DNA from: an uncultured Candidatus Saccharibacteria bacterium
GTDB lineage: Bacteria > Patescibacteriota > Minisyncoccia > Phycocordibacterales > DAORIS01
Length of the DNA: 48,904 nt
Reading direction: 5' to 3'
Assembly: GCA_964442365.1 (NCBI GenBank)
Contig: CAYTZA010000001.1
Location: 1 to 48,904 of the forward strand
The notes under the pieces were generated by a model. It searched no databases. It had not been told where the DNA came from and worked only from the letters and a program-made list of their open reading frames with translations. Below are positions 36,927 to 45,373 of the stretch, piece after piece (positions within the stretch are counted from its first letter, which is position 1; the number at the start of each line of letters is the position of its first letter). Made by a program: the position numbers and the translations under genes.

Positions 36927-38726
36927 ATGGATACTAGTCACATACGTAATTTTACGATTATAGCTCATATAGACCACGGCAAGTCTACTCTTGCTGATCG
37001 TATGCTTGAAATTACTAAAACAGTAGAAGCACGCAAAATGCGTGAGCAAGTACTCGATTCTATGGAGCTTGAACGTGAAAGGGGTATTACGATTAAGATG
37101 CAACCAGTACGTATGAAGTATGTATCTGCTGGTGTTGATCATACTTTAAATCTCATAGACACTCCAGGACATATAGACTTCTATTATGAAGTATCACGTG
37201 CTCTAAAGGCCGTAGAAGGCTCTGTATTGCTTGTAGATGCTACACAGGGCGTACAGGCTCAAACCTTGACCACCCTTCATATGGCAGAAGCGGCAGGGCT
37301 CGTAATTATACCGGTACTTAGTAAGATTGATTCACCAGCCGCTCGTGTTGCAGAGGTTAAAAAAGAAGTATCTGAACTTCTTGGTTGTATGGAGGAAGAG
37401 ATTTTAGAGACCTCTGGAAAAACCGGAGAAGGTGTAGAAAAACTTTTAGAAGAGATTATCAAACGTATACCTCCTCCTAAAAAGGAAATTGTTGATAGTA
37501 AGAAAAGTAGATCTCTTATTTTTGATTTTCAATATTCTGATCATCGTGGGGTGATTGTTTATGTCCGTGTATTTGATGGCACACTTCGAGCTGGAGATGA
37601 TGTTGTATTCGTTGTTGCGGGTAGAACATTTCGTGCTCTTGAGGTTGGTGTTTTTGCTCCACAAGAGACTCCTGTGCAAGAGCTTTCTACGGGTATGATT
37701 GGATATATTGTAACTGGTATAAAAGAGCCAGGAGTTGCTTCTGTTGGAGATACAATTACAGGGGCTAAAGACGCACTTCCTGCGCTTCCTGGATATTTAG
37801 TGCCACAACCAGTAGTTTGGGCTTCACTGTATCCAGAGAGTCAAGATGATTTACATGCTTTGCGTCTTGCTCTGGGACGTTTACGTCTGTCTGATTCATC
37901 AGTTTCTTTTGAAGAAGAATCTTCAGGAACACTTGGACGAGGTTTTAGATGCGGTTTCCTTGGAATGCTACATCTTGAAATTATTACCGAACGTTTAAAA
38001 AGAGAATTTAATCTTGAATTAGTTGTTACTACGCCCTCGATTACATATGAAGTAACAGATAAACAGGGTGTTATTACTACGATTTACGCCCCGGTCTTTT
38101 TTCCTGAAGATGGCACGATATCTTCAGTGCGTGAACCCTGGGTTAATATGAAAATTATTACACCACCAGATTATGTCGGGGTGGTTTTACAACTTTTATA
38201 TGAACATGAAGCAGAAGTTGGCGAGACTGAAACATTTGGAGTATCAAGAACTTCTATACGTGCCATGATGCCTCTTCGTGAAATGATGCGAGATTTTTTT
38301 GATCAAATAAAAAGTGTGACTTCTGGATATGCTTCTGTTTCTTATGAAATCGGAGAATTGCGTCCTGCTGATGTCGTTCGTATGGATTTACTTGTTGCAG
38401 ATGAAATCGTGCCGGCTTTTACGCGTATAGTTTCTCGTAGGAGAGTTCAAGAGGATGCTGAAAAAGCAGTAAAAAAACTACACGCTATTTTACCTCGTCA
38501 GATGTTTACATTGAAAATTCAGGCTAAAGCTATGGGGCGAATTGTTTCTTCGGAAACTATTTCTGGTATGAAAAAAGATGTCACTCAGCATATGTATGGT
38601 GGAGATATTACTCGAAAGATGAAATTACGTGAAAAGCAGAAAAAAGGGAAAAAGAAAATGAAAGAGCGTGGAGAAGTTAATATTCCGCAAGAAGTCTTTG
38701 TTAAAATGATGAAAAGCGGACAGTAG
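36927..38726 (+). CDS. lepA: Elongation factor 4 (LepA)
   Basis: IRNFTIIAHIDHGKSTLADR, LIDTPGHIDF, SKID, and the C-terminal LepA-specific region with the basic tail KLREKQKKGKKKMK. Confidence 0.95.
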   Translation: MDTSHIRNFTIIAHIDHGKSTLADRMLEITKTVEARKMREQVLDSMELERERGITIKMQPVRMKYVSAGVDHTLNLIDTPGHIDFYYEVSRALKAVEGSVLLVDATQGVQAQTLTTLHMAEAAGLVIIPVLSKIDSPAARVAEVKKEVSELLGCMEEEILETSGKTGEGVEKLLEEIIKRIPPPKKEIVDSKKSRSLIFDFQYSDHRGVIVYVRVFDGTLRAGDDVVFVVAGRTFRALEVGVFAPQETPVQELSTGMIGYIVTGIKEPGVASVGDTITGAKDALPALPGYLVPQPVVWASLYPESQDDLHALRLALGRLRLSDSSVSFEEESSGTLGRGFRCGFLGMLHLEIITERLKREFNLELVVTTPSITYEVTDKQGVITTIYAPVFFPEDGTISSVREPWVNMKIITPPDYVGVVLQLLYEHEAEVGETETFGVSRTSIRAMMPLREMMRDFFDQIKSVTSGYASVSYEIGELRPADVVRMDLLVADEIVPAFTRIVSRRRVQEDAEKAVKKLHAILPRQMFTLKIQAKAMGRIVSSETISGMKKDVTQHMYGGDITRKMKLREKQKKGKKKMKERGEVNIPQEVFVKMMKSGQ

Positions 38727-38865
38727 GGTCTCTTTTATGAGTGTAAAGAAGGGATATATAGAAGTACCATACTTACGATAATAAGTACGCAGAGAACGAT
38801 CCAGGCTTGCTTAATACGGCGATTAAAGTTTTTATTGAATATCATATCGAGATATACTAGCATAT

Positions 38866-39243
38866 ATGAGGTTATTTGTGCGAATATCAAAAAAGCTGTC
38901 ACCTAAGCAATTGGTTTGGATAATTATTTTGCTTATTGTTTTTACAGTAACTCTTAAGGCTCTTTACACTCTGTACGCTCGATACACAGAAAGTACTGAA
39001 GATTTAGCCCGATCTGAGCAAACACTTGAAAAGTTAACAATACGCGAGGCTGTATTAGAAAAAACCCTAACCAATCTCAATACTGACCGTGGTAGGGAAT
39101 ATGAGATACGTACACGTTTTGATGTGGCTAAACCAGGAGAGTCTGTGGTGATTATTGTGGACGAACCGGCAACTACAACACCGCCTGTTCCCGTAAAGAA
39201 AACATGGTGGCAATCTGTCAGGGATTTCTTTTTATTAGAATAA
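38866..39243 (+). CDS. FtsB/DivIC-like septum formation initiator (small bitopic coiled-coil protein)
   Basis: One TM helix (LVWIIILLIVFTV), a coiled-coil stretch, then ...YEIRTRFDVAKPGESVVIIV, typical of the family's C-terminus. Confidence 0.55.
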   Translation: MRLFVRISKKLSPKQLVWIIILLIVFTVTLKALYTLYARYTESTEDLARSEQTLEKLTIREAVLEKTLTNLNTDRGREYEIRTRFDVAKPGESVVIIVDEPATTTPPVPVKKTWWQSVRDFFLLE

Positions 39244-39264
39244 ATAATGTTATAATACATATCT

Positions 39265-39501
39265 ATGAAAAATATAACCATATATTCAACCCCTTCATGT
39301 ATTCATTGTCGCCATGCTAAAGACTTTTTCAAACAGCATAATATTGCATATACAGAATATGATGTATTGAATAATCTAGACAAAAGAAAAGAGATGGTAG
39401 AAAAAAGTAATCAAATGGGTGTGCCTGTAATTACTATTGATAATGATGTGATTGTTGGTTTTGATGAAGAACATATTAAAGAGCTTGTTGGCATAAAATA
39501 G
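39265..39501 (+). CDS. Glutaredoxin-like (NrdH/YruB-type) thioredoxin-fold protein
   Basis: 78 aa with ITIYSTPSCIHCRHAKDFF (CxxC) and GVPVITID..VIVGFD. Confidence 0.8.
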   Translation: MKNITIYSTPSCIHCRHAKDFFKQHNIAYTEYDVLNNLDKRKEMVEKSNQMGVPVITIDNDVIVGFDEEHIKELVGIK

Positions 39502-39545
39502 GACGCTCTTGTAGTTCAATGGATAAGAACAGTCCCGTCCTTTTT
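39501..39545 (+). pseudogene. tRNA-like 5' half (D arm nearly identical to the downstream tRNA-Arg) that also forms a terminator-like hairpin plus T5
   Basis: GCTCTTG-TA-GTTC-AATGGATAA-GAAC-A-GTCCC-GTCCT (39505-39541) follows tRNA numbering through the anticodon position, with CCT in register. No 3' half follows. GGACG (39501-39505) pairs with CGTCC (39536-39540), and TTTTT follows at 39541-39545. Confidence 0.45.
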
Positions 39546-39575
39546 ATGTTTGGTTATTTTTAATATAATTATTTA

Positions 39576-40247
39576 ATGCGTGGTAAACCCATATCTCAAA
39601 ATGAGATAAAAAGAATAAAGTATCTGAGAGAACGTGGTTGGAGTTTACCTGAAATTATCAAAGTCACAAAAAGAGGTTCTTCAACAGTTTTTAAGTATGC
39701 AAAAGATGTTTCTGTTCTGGCGAAGTACCGAAATACTTTAAAGGAAAAGTAAGGTGGCAGTAAACGAAAAGCGATAGCTGACTGGGACCGTGCTACTCAG
39801 TGTGCAAAAAATATCTTACCGTCGGTCTTGTCCCGTGAACAGAGATTGCTGTTGTTACTGGGTATTTATTGGGGTGAAGGTAATAAAAGAGAATTAAATC
39901 TTATCAATTCTGATCCGGCTCTCATAAAAACCTTTCTTTCTTGTCTTTATGATATGGGTATGAAAAAAGAAGAATTAAGGATAACTTTAAGATTATACGA
40001 CGGGATTGATAAGGAAAAATCTAGAAGATTTTGGGCAAAACTTTTATCAATACGTATTAAAGATATACGTAATATTAATACGATACAAGGTAACAAAATA
40101 GGGAAGTTAAAGTATGGAATGTGCAGGGTGAGGGTTGCAAAAAGTGCGCCTTACTTTAAACTGATTATGAGTTTATTAAGTGAAATAAAGGAGCGATTCA
40201 ATGCTGCCGTAGTTCAACGGATAGAACAAGGGACTCCTAAGCCCTAG
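39576..40247 (+). pseudogene. HTH plus LAGLIDADG-like endonuclease-type ORF, interrupted by an in-frame TAA
   Basis: ATG at 39576 opens a frame encoding an HTH (RGWSLPEIIKVTKRGSSTVFKY). TAA at 39750-39752 interrupts it. The same frame continues through LLLLGIYWGEGNK...LINSDPALIKTF...GMCRVRV to TAG at 40245-40247. The last 45 nt are the 5' two-thirds of tRNA-Arg. The endonuclease assignment comes from motif resemblance only. Confidence 0.5.
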
Positions 40248-40274
40248 ATGCAGGTTCAATTCCTGCCGGTGGCA
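40203..40274 (+). tRNA. tRNA-Arg (anticodon CCU)
   Basis: Acceptor GCTGCCG/CGGTGGC (two G:U pairs), D arm GTTC-AACGGATA-GAAC, anticodon arm AGGGA-CTCCTAA-GCCCT (an A:G mismatch at 31:39), T arm GCAGG-TTCAATT-CCTGC, discriminator A. Confidence 0.85.
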
Positions 40275-40411
40275 CTATTATAAAATCAAAACCACCTTTT
40301 CTGGAGGCGGAATCTCGGAGCCCAAAGACAACAGTATATTTTAAAAAGAAAAATAGTAGTGTAATAAAAACGATATCCTCTCCGTACTGAAGTACTGGAT
40401 TTTTTGGTAAT

Positions 40412-40431
40412 AAAAAACCCGCATGTGCGGG
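40412..40431 (-). terminator. Intrinsic terminator of the 40457..40693 ORF
   Basis: Minus strand reads CCCGC-acat-GCGGG followed by TTTTTT (complement of 40412-40417), 26 nt after the stop codon. Confidence 0.7.
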
Positions 40432-40456
40432 ATGTTGTTTGGGTGGATCGGTATTT

Positions 40457-40693
40457 TTACCAAGGCACAGCCTCCTCTTCAACTCGATGCGCCAGCATGC
40501 GCCCTTGAAGAATCTGTTCGGCGTATATCCTCCTTTGTTCCGGATCCATGCTTGCCAGTTGCACGAGATCAAGATTGAGATTTGGGTAAAATTCAGGACC
40601 GTGTCCCGAAAGATGCTGATCCCGATCTCTCCAAAGAGTATGCATGTCCAAGCCGAAACACGTTTTCAACAAGTTTAAGACTTTGATGAGCAT
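40457..40693 (-). CDS. Hypothetical 78-aa protein, no recognisable family
   Basis: ATG at 40693, preceded by AAGGAG (40707-40702) and an 8-nt spacer. G+C-rich (hand count 31/60 for 40481-40540). It has its own terminator and a candidate extended -10 promoter. Confidence 0.55.
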   Translation of the reverse strand: MLIKVLNLLKTCFGLDMHTLWRDRDQHLSGHGPEFYPNLNLDLVQLASMDPEQRRIYAEQILQGRMLAHRVEEEAVPW

Positions 40694-40727
40694 CTGCGAT
40701 TCTCCTTTATGTTCGAGTTCTTTTAAC

Positions 40728-40755
40728 AGAATATCACTAATAAAAAAATATTCAA
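40728..40755 (-). promoter_or_regulatory. Candidate promoter (TTGAAT-16 nt-TGaTATTCT) for the 40457..40693 ORF
   Basis: Read on the minus strand: TTGAAT (40755-40750) and TATTCT (40733-40728) with an upstream TG. Confidence 0.4.
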
Positions 40756-40774
40756 CATATGATATGATTTACAG

Positions 40775-41047
40775 ATGGACGATAAAGAAAAGCTCGATAA
40801 GATTTTGGAACTTGCAGAAGATACCAATAAATTAGTACATAAGATGCGTCGAGTTCAGGTGTTTTCTGGATTGTGGACGATTTTTTATTGGGTAATCGTG
40901 ATCGGTATTGGTATCGGAGCTTTTTACTATATTCAGATATATATAGATTCTATTAAAGAGGCTGTAGGTATTGTAAGTGAAAAAAATGCCTCTTCTTCGC
41001 CTTTACTAAACTTTAGTTTTAGCGCCTTAAAAGACCTTGTAAAATAG
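40775..41047 (+). CDS. Small membrane protein (90 aa), unknown function
   Basis: AT-rich ORF in host style, with one clear TM segment (LWTIFYWVIVIGIGIGAFYYI). No SD. Confidence 0.5.
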   Translation: MDDKEKLDKILELAEDTNKLVHKMRRVQVFSGLWTIFYWVIVIGIGIGAFYYIQIYIDSIKEAVGIVSEKNASSSPLLNFSFSALKDLVK

Positions 41048-41106
41048 TAAAATTCCAGTAGAATGGCTTAGTCAGTGATTGTGTGACTGCTGATAAATGT
41101 CGGTAT

Positions 41107-41179
41107 GCCGAGGTAGCTCAGTTGGTAGAGCATATCCCTGAAGAGGATGGGGTCGCCGGTTCGAATCCGGCCCTCGGCA
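41107..41179 (+). tRNA. tRNA-Phe (anticodon GAA)
   Basis: Acceptor GCCGAGG/CCTCGGC, D arm GCTC-AGTTGGTA-GAGC, anticodon arm TATCC-CTGAAGA-GGATG, T arm GCCGG-TTCGAAT-CCGGC, discriminator A. Confidence 0.93.
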
Positions 41180-41282
41180 CAAAAAAACGAACATATAGAC
41201 TATTTGTGTGAATTGTGGTAAAAAAATGACAGAATCTGATTATTTTGTTTAGGTGTGTTTTTTTAAAAAAGGAGTGTGATCA

Positions 41283-41996
41283 ATGTCAAAAGAAAGAAAG
41301 AGGCGCGGGGTTTCTGTTGGTGCTGGTATGGTGCCTACAAGCACAGAAATTGGGCGTATTGTTCGAGAACGTCGAATTGAGCTCGGTCTGAGTCAGACAG
41401 AATTGAATTCCAAGATTCCGCGTTCTGGTATTAAAAATCAATTAGTTAGTAAATTAGAGGTTGGTAGTTTGAAATCTTTGAGACCAGATCAACTCAAGAT
41501 ACTGACAAAAATTCTGAATTTAGATGCTAGTTCTTTGAGTAAGTGTATAAAGATTAGAACACCACGACAAAGAACAAGGCTTGGGAAGTTGATTAGATCT
41601 CTCTGTGCTAAGCAAGGTCTGTCTACTGAACAGTTTGCATTGCAATTGGGTCTTACAACTAAACAAGTAAGAGCTATTGAGTTTCGTAATAACTTGAGTA
41701 CTTGTTACCGCAGTTTATTGCCAATTTTTGCTCGCATTCTTTCTGTTGATGAGGCAGTCTTTGCACCATTTTTGGGATTAAGAAAAAAAGAAAGTGGTCT
41801 GAGCAAATTTGGTAAATCCGTTCGCTCTCATAGAATACGTATTGGCATGAGTGCTAGAAGACTCGCAAGAGAACTTCATGTTACTCATCAAGCTGTAAGT
41901 AGTATGGAGCGCAGAGGCACTCCATATCCAAAAAGATTTACCATAGAAAAGCTTGCTGGCGTGTTGCAGACGAGCGTTGAAGAATTGACTTCTTAG
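41283..41996 (+). CDS. Protein with three tandem XRE-type helix-turn-helix modules
   Basis: AAGGAG at 41269-41274, 8-nt spacer, ATG at 41283. The repeats are IGRIVRERRIELGLSQTELNSKI, LGKLIRSLCAKQGLSTEQFALQLGLTTKQVRAIE and FGKSVRSHRIRIGMSARRLARELHVTHQAVSSME. Confidence 0.65.
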   Translation: MSKERKRRGVSVGAGMVPTSTEIGRIVRERRIELGLSQTELNSKIPRSGIKNQLVSKLEVGSLKSLRPDQLKILTKILNLDASSLSKCIKIRTPRQRTRLGKLIRSLCAKQGLSTEQFALQLGLTTKQVRAIEFRNNLSTCYRSLLPIFARILSVDEAVFAPFLGLRKKESGLSKFGKSVRSHRIRIGMSARRLARELHVTHQAVSSMERRGTPYPKRFTIEKLAGVLQTSVEELTS

Positions 41997-42003
41997 TATG
42001 CAT

Positions 42004-42033
42004 GTCCCGATCTGAAAAGGTTGGGACTTTTTT
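42004..42033 (+). terminator. Intrinsic terminator after the triple-HTH ORF
   Basis: GTCCCGA/TTGGGAC stem (42004-42010 / 42021-42027, one G:U pair), followed by TTTTTT. Confidence 0.65.
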
Positions 42034-42037
42034 ATTT

Positions 42038-42511
42038 TTAAGAATTAGTTCGAACACGAAGACGAGTTTGACGGTGTTTATCTATTTTAGGAAGTCTGAT
42101 TGTAAGAAGGCCGTATTTTTCATTGGCCTCAGATTCTTCAACATCGACTTCTTCTGGCAACATAATAGTTCTTGAAAATGATCCCCAATAGAGTTCTTGG
42201 TGAAAATATTCTCCTTCTTCTGTTTCGCGAGAACTTTGACGAGTGCCTTTAATAGTTACCATATCTCTGGTGATTGAAATATCAAGGTCTTCTGGTTTAA
42301 CACCAGCAACCATTGTTTTTATAACAATTTCATCACTATTTTGATATACATCTACTGTAAGTTCTCCTTCGTCTTCGCTTGATTGAGAAGCGTCTTCTGT
42401 GTCTTCTATTTCAGTACCTGGATAGTGGTGGTGTAATACTTCATCACTGTCATGATTAGCTTTTACTGTTCCTGTTAATCTTTCAAAAAATGATTTTTTA
42501 TCTTTGTTCAT
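42038..42511 (-). CDS. Hsp20/alpha-crystallin family small heat-shock protein
   Basis: LTVDVYQNSDEIVIKTMVAGVKPEDLDISI....V.I.G.R..........Y...E...G.F.R...LP..VD........GLLTI.LPK is the classic alpha-crystallin domain pattern. Confidence 0.88.
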   Translation of the reverse strand: MNKDKKSFFERLTGTVKANHDSDEVLHHHYPGTEIEDTEDASQSSEDEGELTVDVYQNSDEIVIKTMVAGVKPEDLDISITRDMVTIKGTRQSSRETEEGEYFHQELYWGSFSRTIMLPEEVDVEESEANEKYGLLTIRLPKIDKHRQTRLRVRTNS

Positions 42512-43190
42512 AGGTAAAATGTTTCTTTATATGATTGAGTACAAGCACTAAGATAATACAGATAACCCAGAGACCAATGAATATATTGAGTACAGAAGTA
42601 ATGCTAGGGTTCATTATAAAGAAATTATAGATACTGTGCAAACCGATAGCAAAGATAAGTCCGAGTCCAATAGCTTCCCATTTGTTTTTTTTATTATAAA
42701 AATATTTTGCCATATACATACCAATAATACTTGAACAGGTAACATGTATAAGAGTTGAACCAAGGAAACGTGCGTGTGCAATAGCGAGAGCGTGACTAAT
42801 ATCACCCTCAATAAATGGTCTTGCTAGAAATAAACAATTTTCAAGAGCTGCAAAACCGAGAGCTGCTGTTGCCATGTATATAACTTCGTCCATGGGCTCA
42901 TCGGCGTCTTTACTACGAAGTGCGCCTAAATAGGCAAATAAGAATTTGAATAATTCTTCAAATCCAGCAAATAAAATTATAACAAATACCGCTGATATTC
43001 CTCTGTTTTGGAAAAAGGCCTGTAAAGGTAGTACTGCTACAACTGCCAACATACCAGAAATAAAAGCCATTGTTAGGCGTAGGCGTGGTTCTGGATGTGG
43101 ACGATCTTCTTTGAGGATAAACCACAACCAAATAAAAGCAGGTAAAAATCCTGCAGTAATAATAAAACTAAAAGTTAAAAGGCCTTCCAT
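42498..43190 (-). CDS. prsW: PrsW-family intramembrane protease
   Basis: Polytopic membrane ORF with the EE..K motif (GFEELFKF), AALGFAALEN, and the later H...N (GLHSIYNF). Confidence 0.75.
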   Translation of the reverse strand: MEGLLTFSFIITAGFLPAFIWLWFILKEDRPHPEPRLRLTMAFISGMLAVVAVLPLQAFFQNRGISAVFVIILFAGFEELFKFLFAYLGALRSKDADEPMDEVIYMATAALGFAALENCLFLARPFIEGDISHALAIAHARFLGSTLIHVTCSSIIGMYMAKYFYNKKNKWEAIGLGLIFAIGLHSIYNFFIMNPSITSVLNIFIGLWVICIILVLVLNHIKKHFTYEQR

Positions 43191-45373
43191 GGATGTATGA
43201 TAAGTAGCTCTGACTTTTCTTTATGTGCGGGCATCATACTCCACAGTTCTTCGGTAATAAAGGGCATAAAAGGGTGAAGGATGATAAGCACTTGTTCTAG
43301 TATAGCAAGGAGTGTTTGACGACGAGAGAGAGCATTGTCCACATTGTTGGTATCAGTAAGTATTATTTTACTTTCTTCTAGTATAACGTCAGCAAATCGG
43401 TGCCATGCATAGTGATATATTTTTTCTGAAGCAAGGTGAAAACGGTAATTTTCAAGATCATTAGTGATATCCTCAGAAATTTCCTGCAATTCAGTTATTA
43501 GGGCTTTGTCAGTATCTGAAGTTATTTTTGTTTTATCAGGCGATATGCCTTCGGTATTTGAGAGTACAAAACGAGCTATATTCCAAAGTTTATTACCAAA
43601 GTTTTTGTAGCCCTTTATTTTATTTTCGTCTATTTTACTATCAGTTCCTGGAGCAGTACCAACAATAAGTGCCATACGCCCAGCATCAGCGCCAAATTTA
43701 TTTGCTACATCAATAGGATCGATACCGTTTCCTAGGGATTTAGACATTTTTTGTCCTTTGCCGTCACGTACTGTTCCGTGAAGGTATATTGTTTTAAAGG
43801 GTATAGTTCCAATAGCATATTTTGTCATGATAATCATACGAGCAATCCAGAAGAATAAGATTTCATAACCAGTTTCAATAATATTTGTTGGGTGATATGT
43901 GGCAAGATCTTTTGTTTGTTCTGGCCAGCCAAGAGTTGAAAACGTCCACAGTCCAGAAGAGAACCACGTATCAAGGGTGTCTTCATCTTGTATCCAATCT
44001 GAACCTGTTGGTGCGTCTATGCCTGTATAGATTTCTTCATGACCACTAGAATATTTTTTATACCATACTGGTATACGGTGTCCGTACCAAATCTGACGTG
44101 AAATACACCAATCTCGTAAATTATCTATCCAATTAAAATATGTTTTAGAAAAATAATCAGGAATTATTGATATTGATTCTGGAGATATAGCTTCACGAGC
44201 AAGATCTTTAAAAGTTTTATTTTCTCTGGAAGGTATTGGTTTATTGACGTTTATAAACCATTGTAGTTTTGGAAGTGGCTCAACAATACCTCCTGTACGC
44301 TCTGCTGTTGCGATGCGTTGTGTCGTAGGTTCTTCTTTTTCTAAGAGCTTTTCTGTTTTGAGCCATTCTACTATAGCAGTGCGTGCCTCTGTTGTTTTTT
44401 TGTTTAGTATATTTTCACCGCCTACTGTCATACGAGCATATTCGTTGATAACTTGTACGACTGGCAATTTATGACGTTCAGCTATTTCCCAGTCAGTTGT
44501 ACTATGTGCTGGAGTAACACCTAAAGCTCCAGTTCCGAAATCTTTTTCTACACTTTGATCAGCGATAATTTTAATATGAATAGGCACTCCACAAAAAACA
44601 ATATCGTATTCTTTTCCTATGTAATCTGTATAGCGAGTATCGTCTGGATGTACTGCTACAGCAGTGTCACCAACTTTTGTTTCTGGACGTGTTGTGGAAA
44701 TGCTAATAGGGAAGTCTTTTGAATATTTAAATGTATATAAAGTAGATTGTCTTTCTTCGTAAACAATTTCATCGTCAGAAATAGTAGTTTGTCCTTTTGG
44801 ATCCCAGTTAACAATACGATTCCCTCTGTAGATCAAACCTTCGTCATACATACTTTTAAATATAGTACGTACAGCTTTCGTACGAGTAGTATCGAGTGTA
44901 AATGCTTCTCTTGACCAATCACATGAAGCACCGATACGTTTTATTTGAGAAACAATCGTATCGTGACTTTCTTGGGCAAATTGTTCTACACGTTTGAGAA
45001 ATACTTCACGACCAAGATCGTGTCGACTTTTGTCTTCTTTTTTTAAAATATCCTTTTCAACTTTTGATTGTGTTGCGATAGCGGCGTGATCTGTCCCAGG
45101 AATCCAAAGTGTACGATATCCTCGCATGCGATGAAAACGCACCATGATATCTTCTATTGTAACCATGAGACCGTGTCCCATGTGTAGTACACCAGTAACG
45201 TTTGGTGGTGGCATAACTATAGAAAATACCGGAGCATCTTTTTTTGCTATTCCGGCCTCTATACACTTGTCAGGGTTAAAATACCCTGACTTTTCCCAGA
45301 GTTCGTATATGCGTGTTTCGGTCTCTTGCGGGTCGTATGGTTTGAGTAATTTATCGTTCATAATCGTATCCAA
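43175..45373 (-). CDS. valS: Valine--tRNA ligase (short form, without a long C-terminal coiled coil)
   Basis: PPPNVTGVLHMGHG (HIGH), TTRPETKVGDTAVAVHP, WCISRQIWYGHRIP and KMSKSLGN. Confidence 0.93.
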   Translation of the reverse strand: MDTIMNDKLLKPYDPQETETRIYELWEKSGYFNPDKCIEAGIAKKDAPVFSIVMPPPNVTGVLHMGHGLMVTIEDIMVRFHRMRGYRTLWIPGTDHAAIATQSKVEKDILKKEDKSRHDLGREVFLKRVEQFAQESHDTIVSQIKRIGASCDWSREAFTLDTTRTKAVRTIFKSMYDEGLIYRGNRIVNWDPKGQTTISDDEIVYEERQSTLYTFKYSKDFPISISTTRPETKVGDTAVAVHPDDTRYTDYIGKEYDIVFCGVPIHIKIIADQSVEKDFGTGALGVTPAHSTTDWEIAERHKLPVVQVINEYARMTVGGENILNKKTTEARTAIVEWLKTEKLLEKEEPTTQRIATAERTGGIVEPLPKLQWFINVNKPIPSRENKTFKDLAREAISPESISIIPDYFSKTYFNWIDNLRDWCISRQIWYGHRIPVWYKKYSSGHEEIYTGIDAPTGSDWIQDEDTLDTWFSSGLWTFSTLGWPEQTKDLATYHPTNIIETGYEILFFWIARMIIMTKYAIGTIPFKTIYLHGTVRDGKGQKMSKSLGNGIDPIDVANKFGADAGRMALIVGTAPGTDSKIDENKIKGYKNFGNKLWNIARFVLSNTEGISPDKTKITSDTDKALITELQEISEDITNDLENYRFHLASEKIYHYAWHRFADVILEESKIILTDTNNVDNALSRRQTLLAILEQVLIILHPFMPFITEELWSMMPAHKEKSELLIIHPWKAF

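Noticed and set aside
38735-38845. A 36-aa minus-strand ORF (MIFNKNFNRRIKQAWIVLCVLIIVSMVLLYIPSLHS) in the lepA-ftsB-like spacer, which could be a small membrane peptide.
   Set aside because: It is below any length at which I can support coding from sequence alone. It has no SD and no recognisable family. It is noted only for follow-up with comparative data.
39505-40274. A group I intron or split-tRNA model, in which the tRNA-like 5' half (39505-39541) is spliced to a 3' exon inside or after the tRNA-Arg region.
   Set aside because: The downstream tRNA-Arg folds completely on its own. Joining the upstream half to any downstream 3' portion gives a poor acceptor stem (GCTCTTG against CGGTGGC: one mismatch and three wobbles). 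It also gives either a mismatched anticodon stem or an implausible 15-nt variable arm. I could not identify group I core elements by eye.
40407-40750. TAATAAAAAA present on both sides of the 40457..40693 cassette (about 40409-40418 and 40738-40747), considered as a possible target-site duplication.
   Set aside because: A 10-nt A/T-only string is expected by chance in intergenic DNA this AT-rich, so it is not evidence of insertion on its own.
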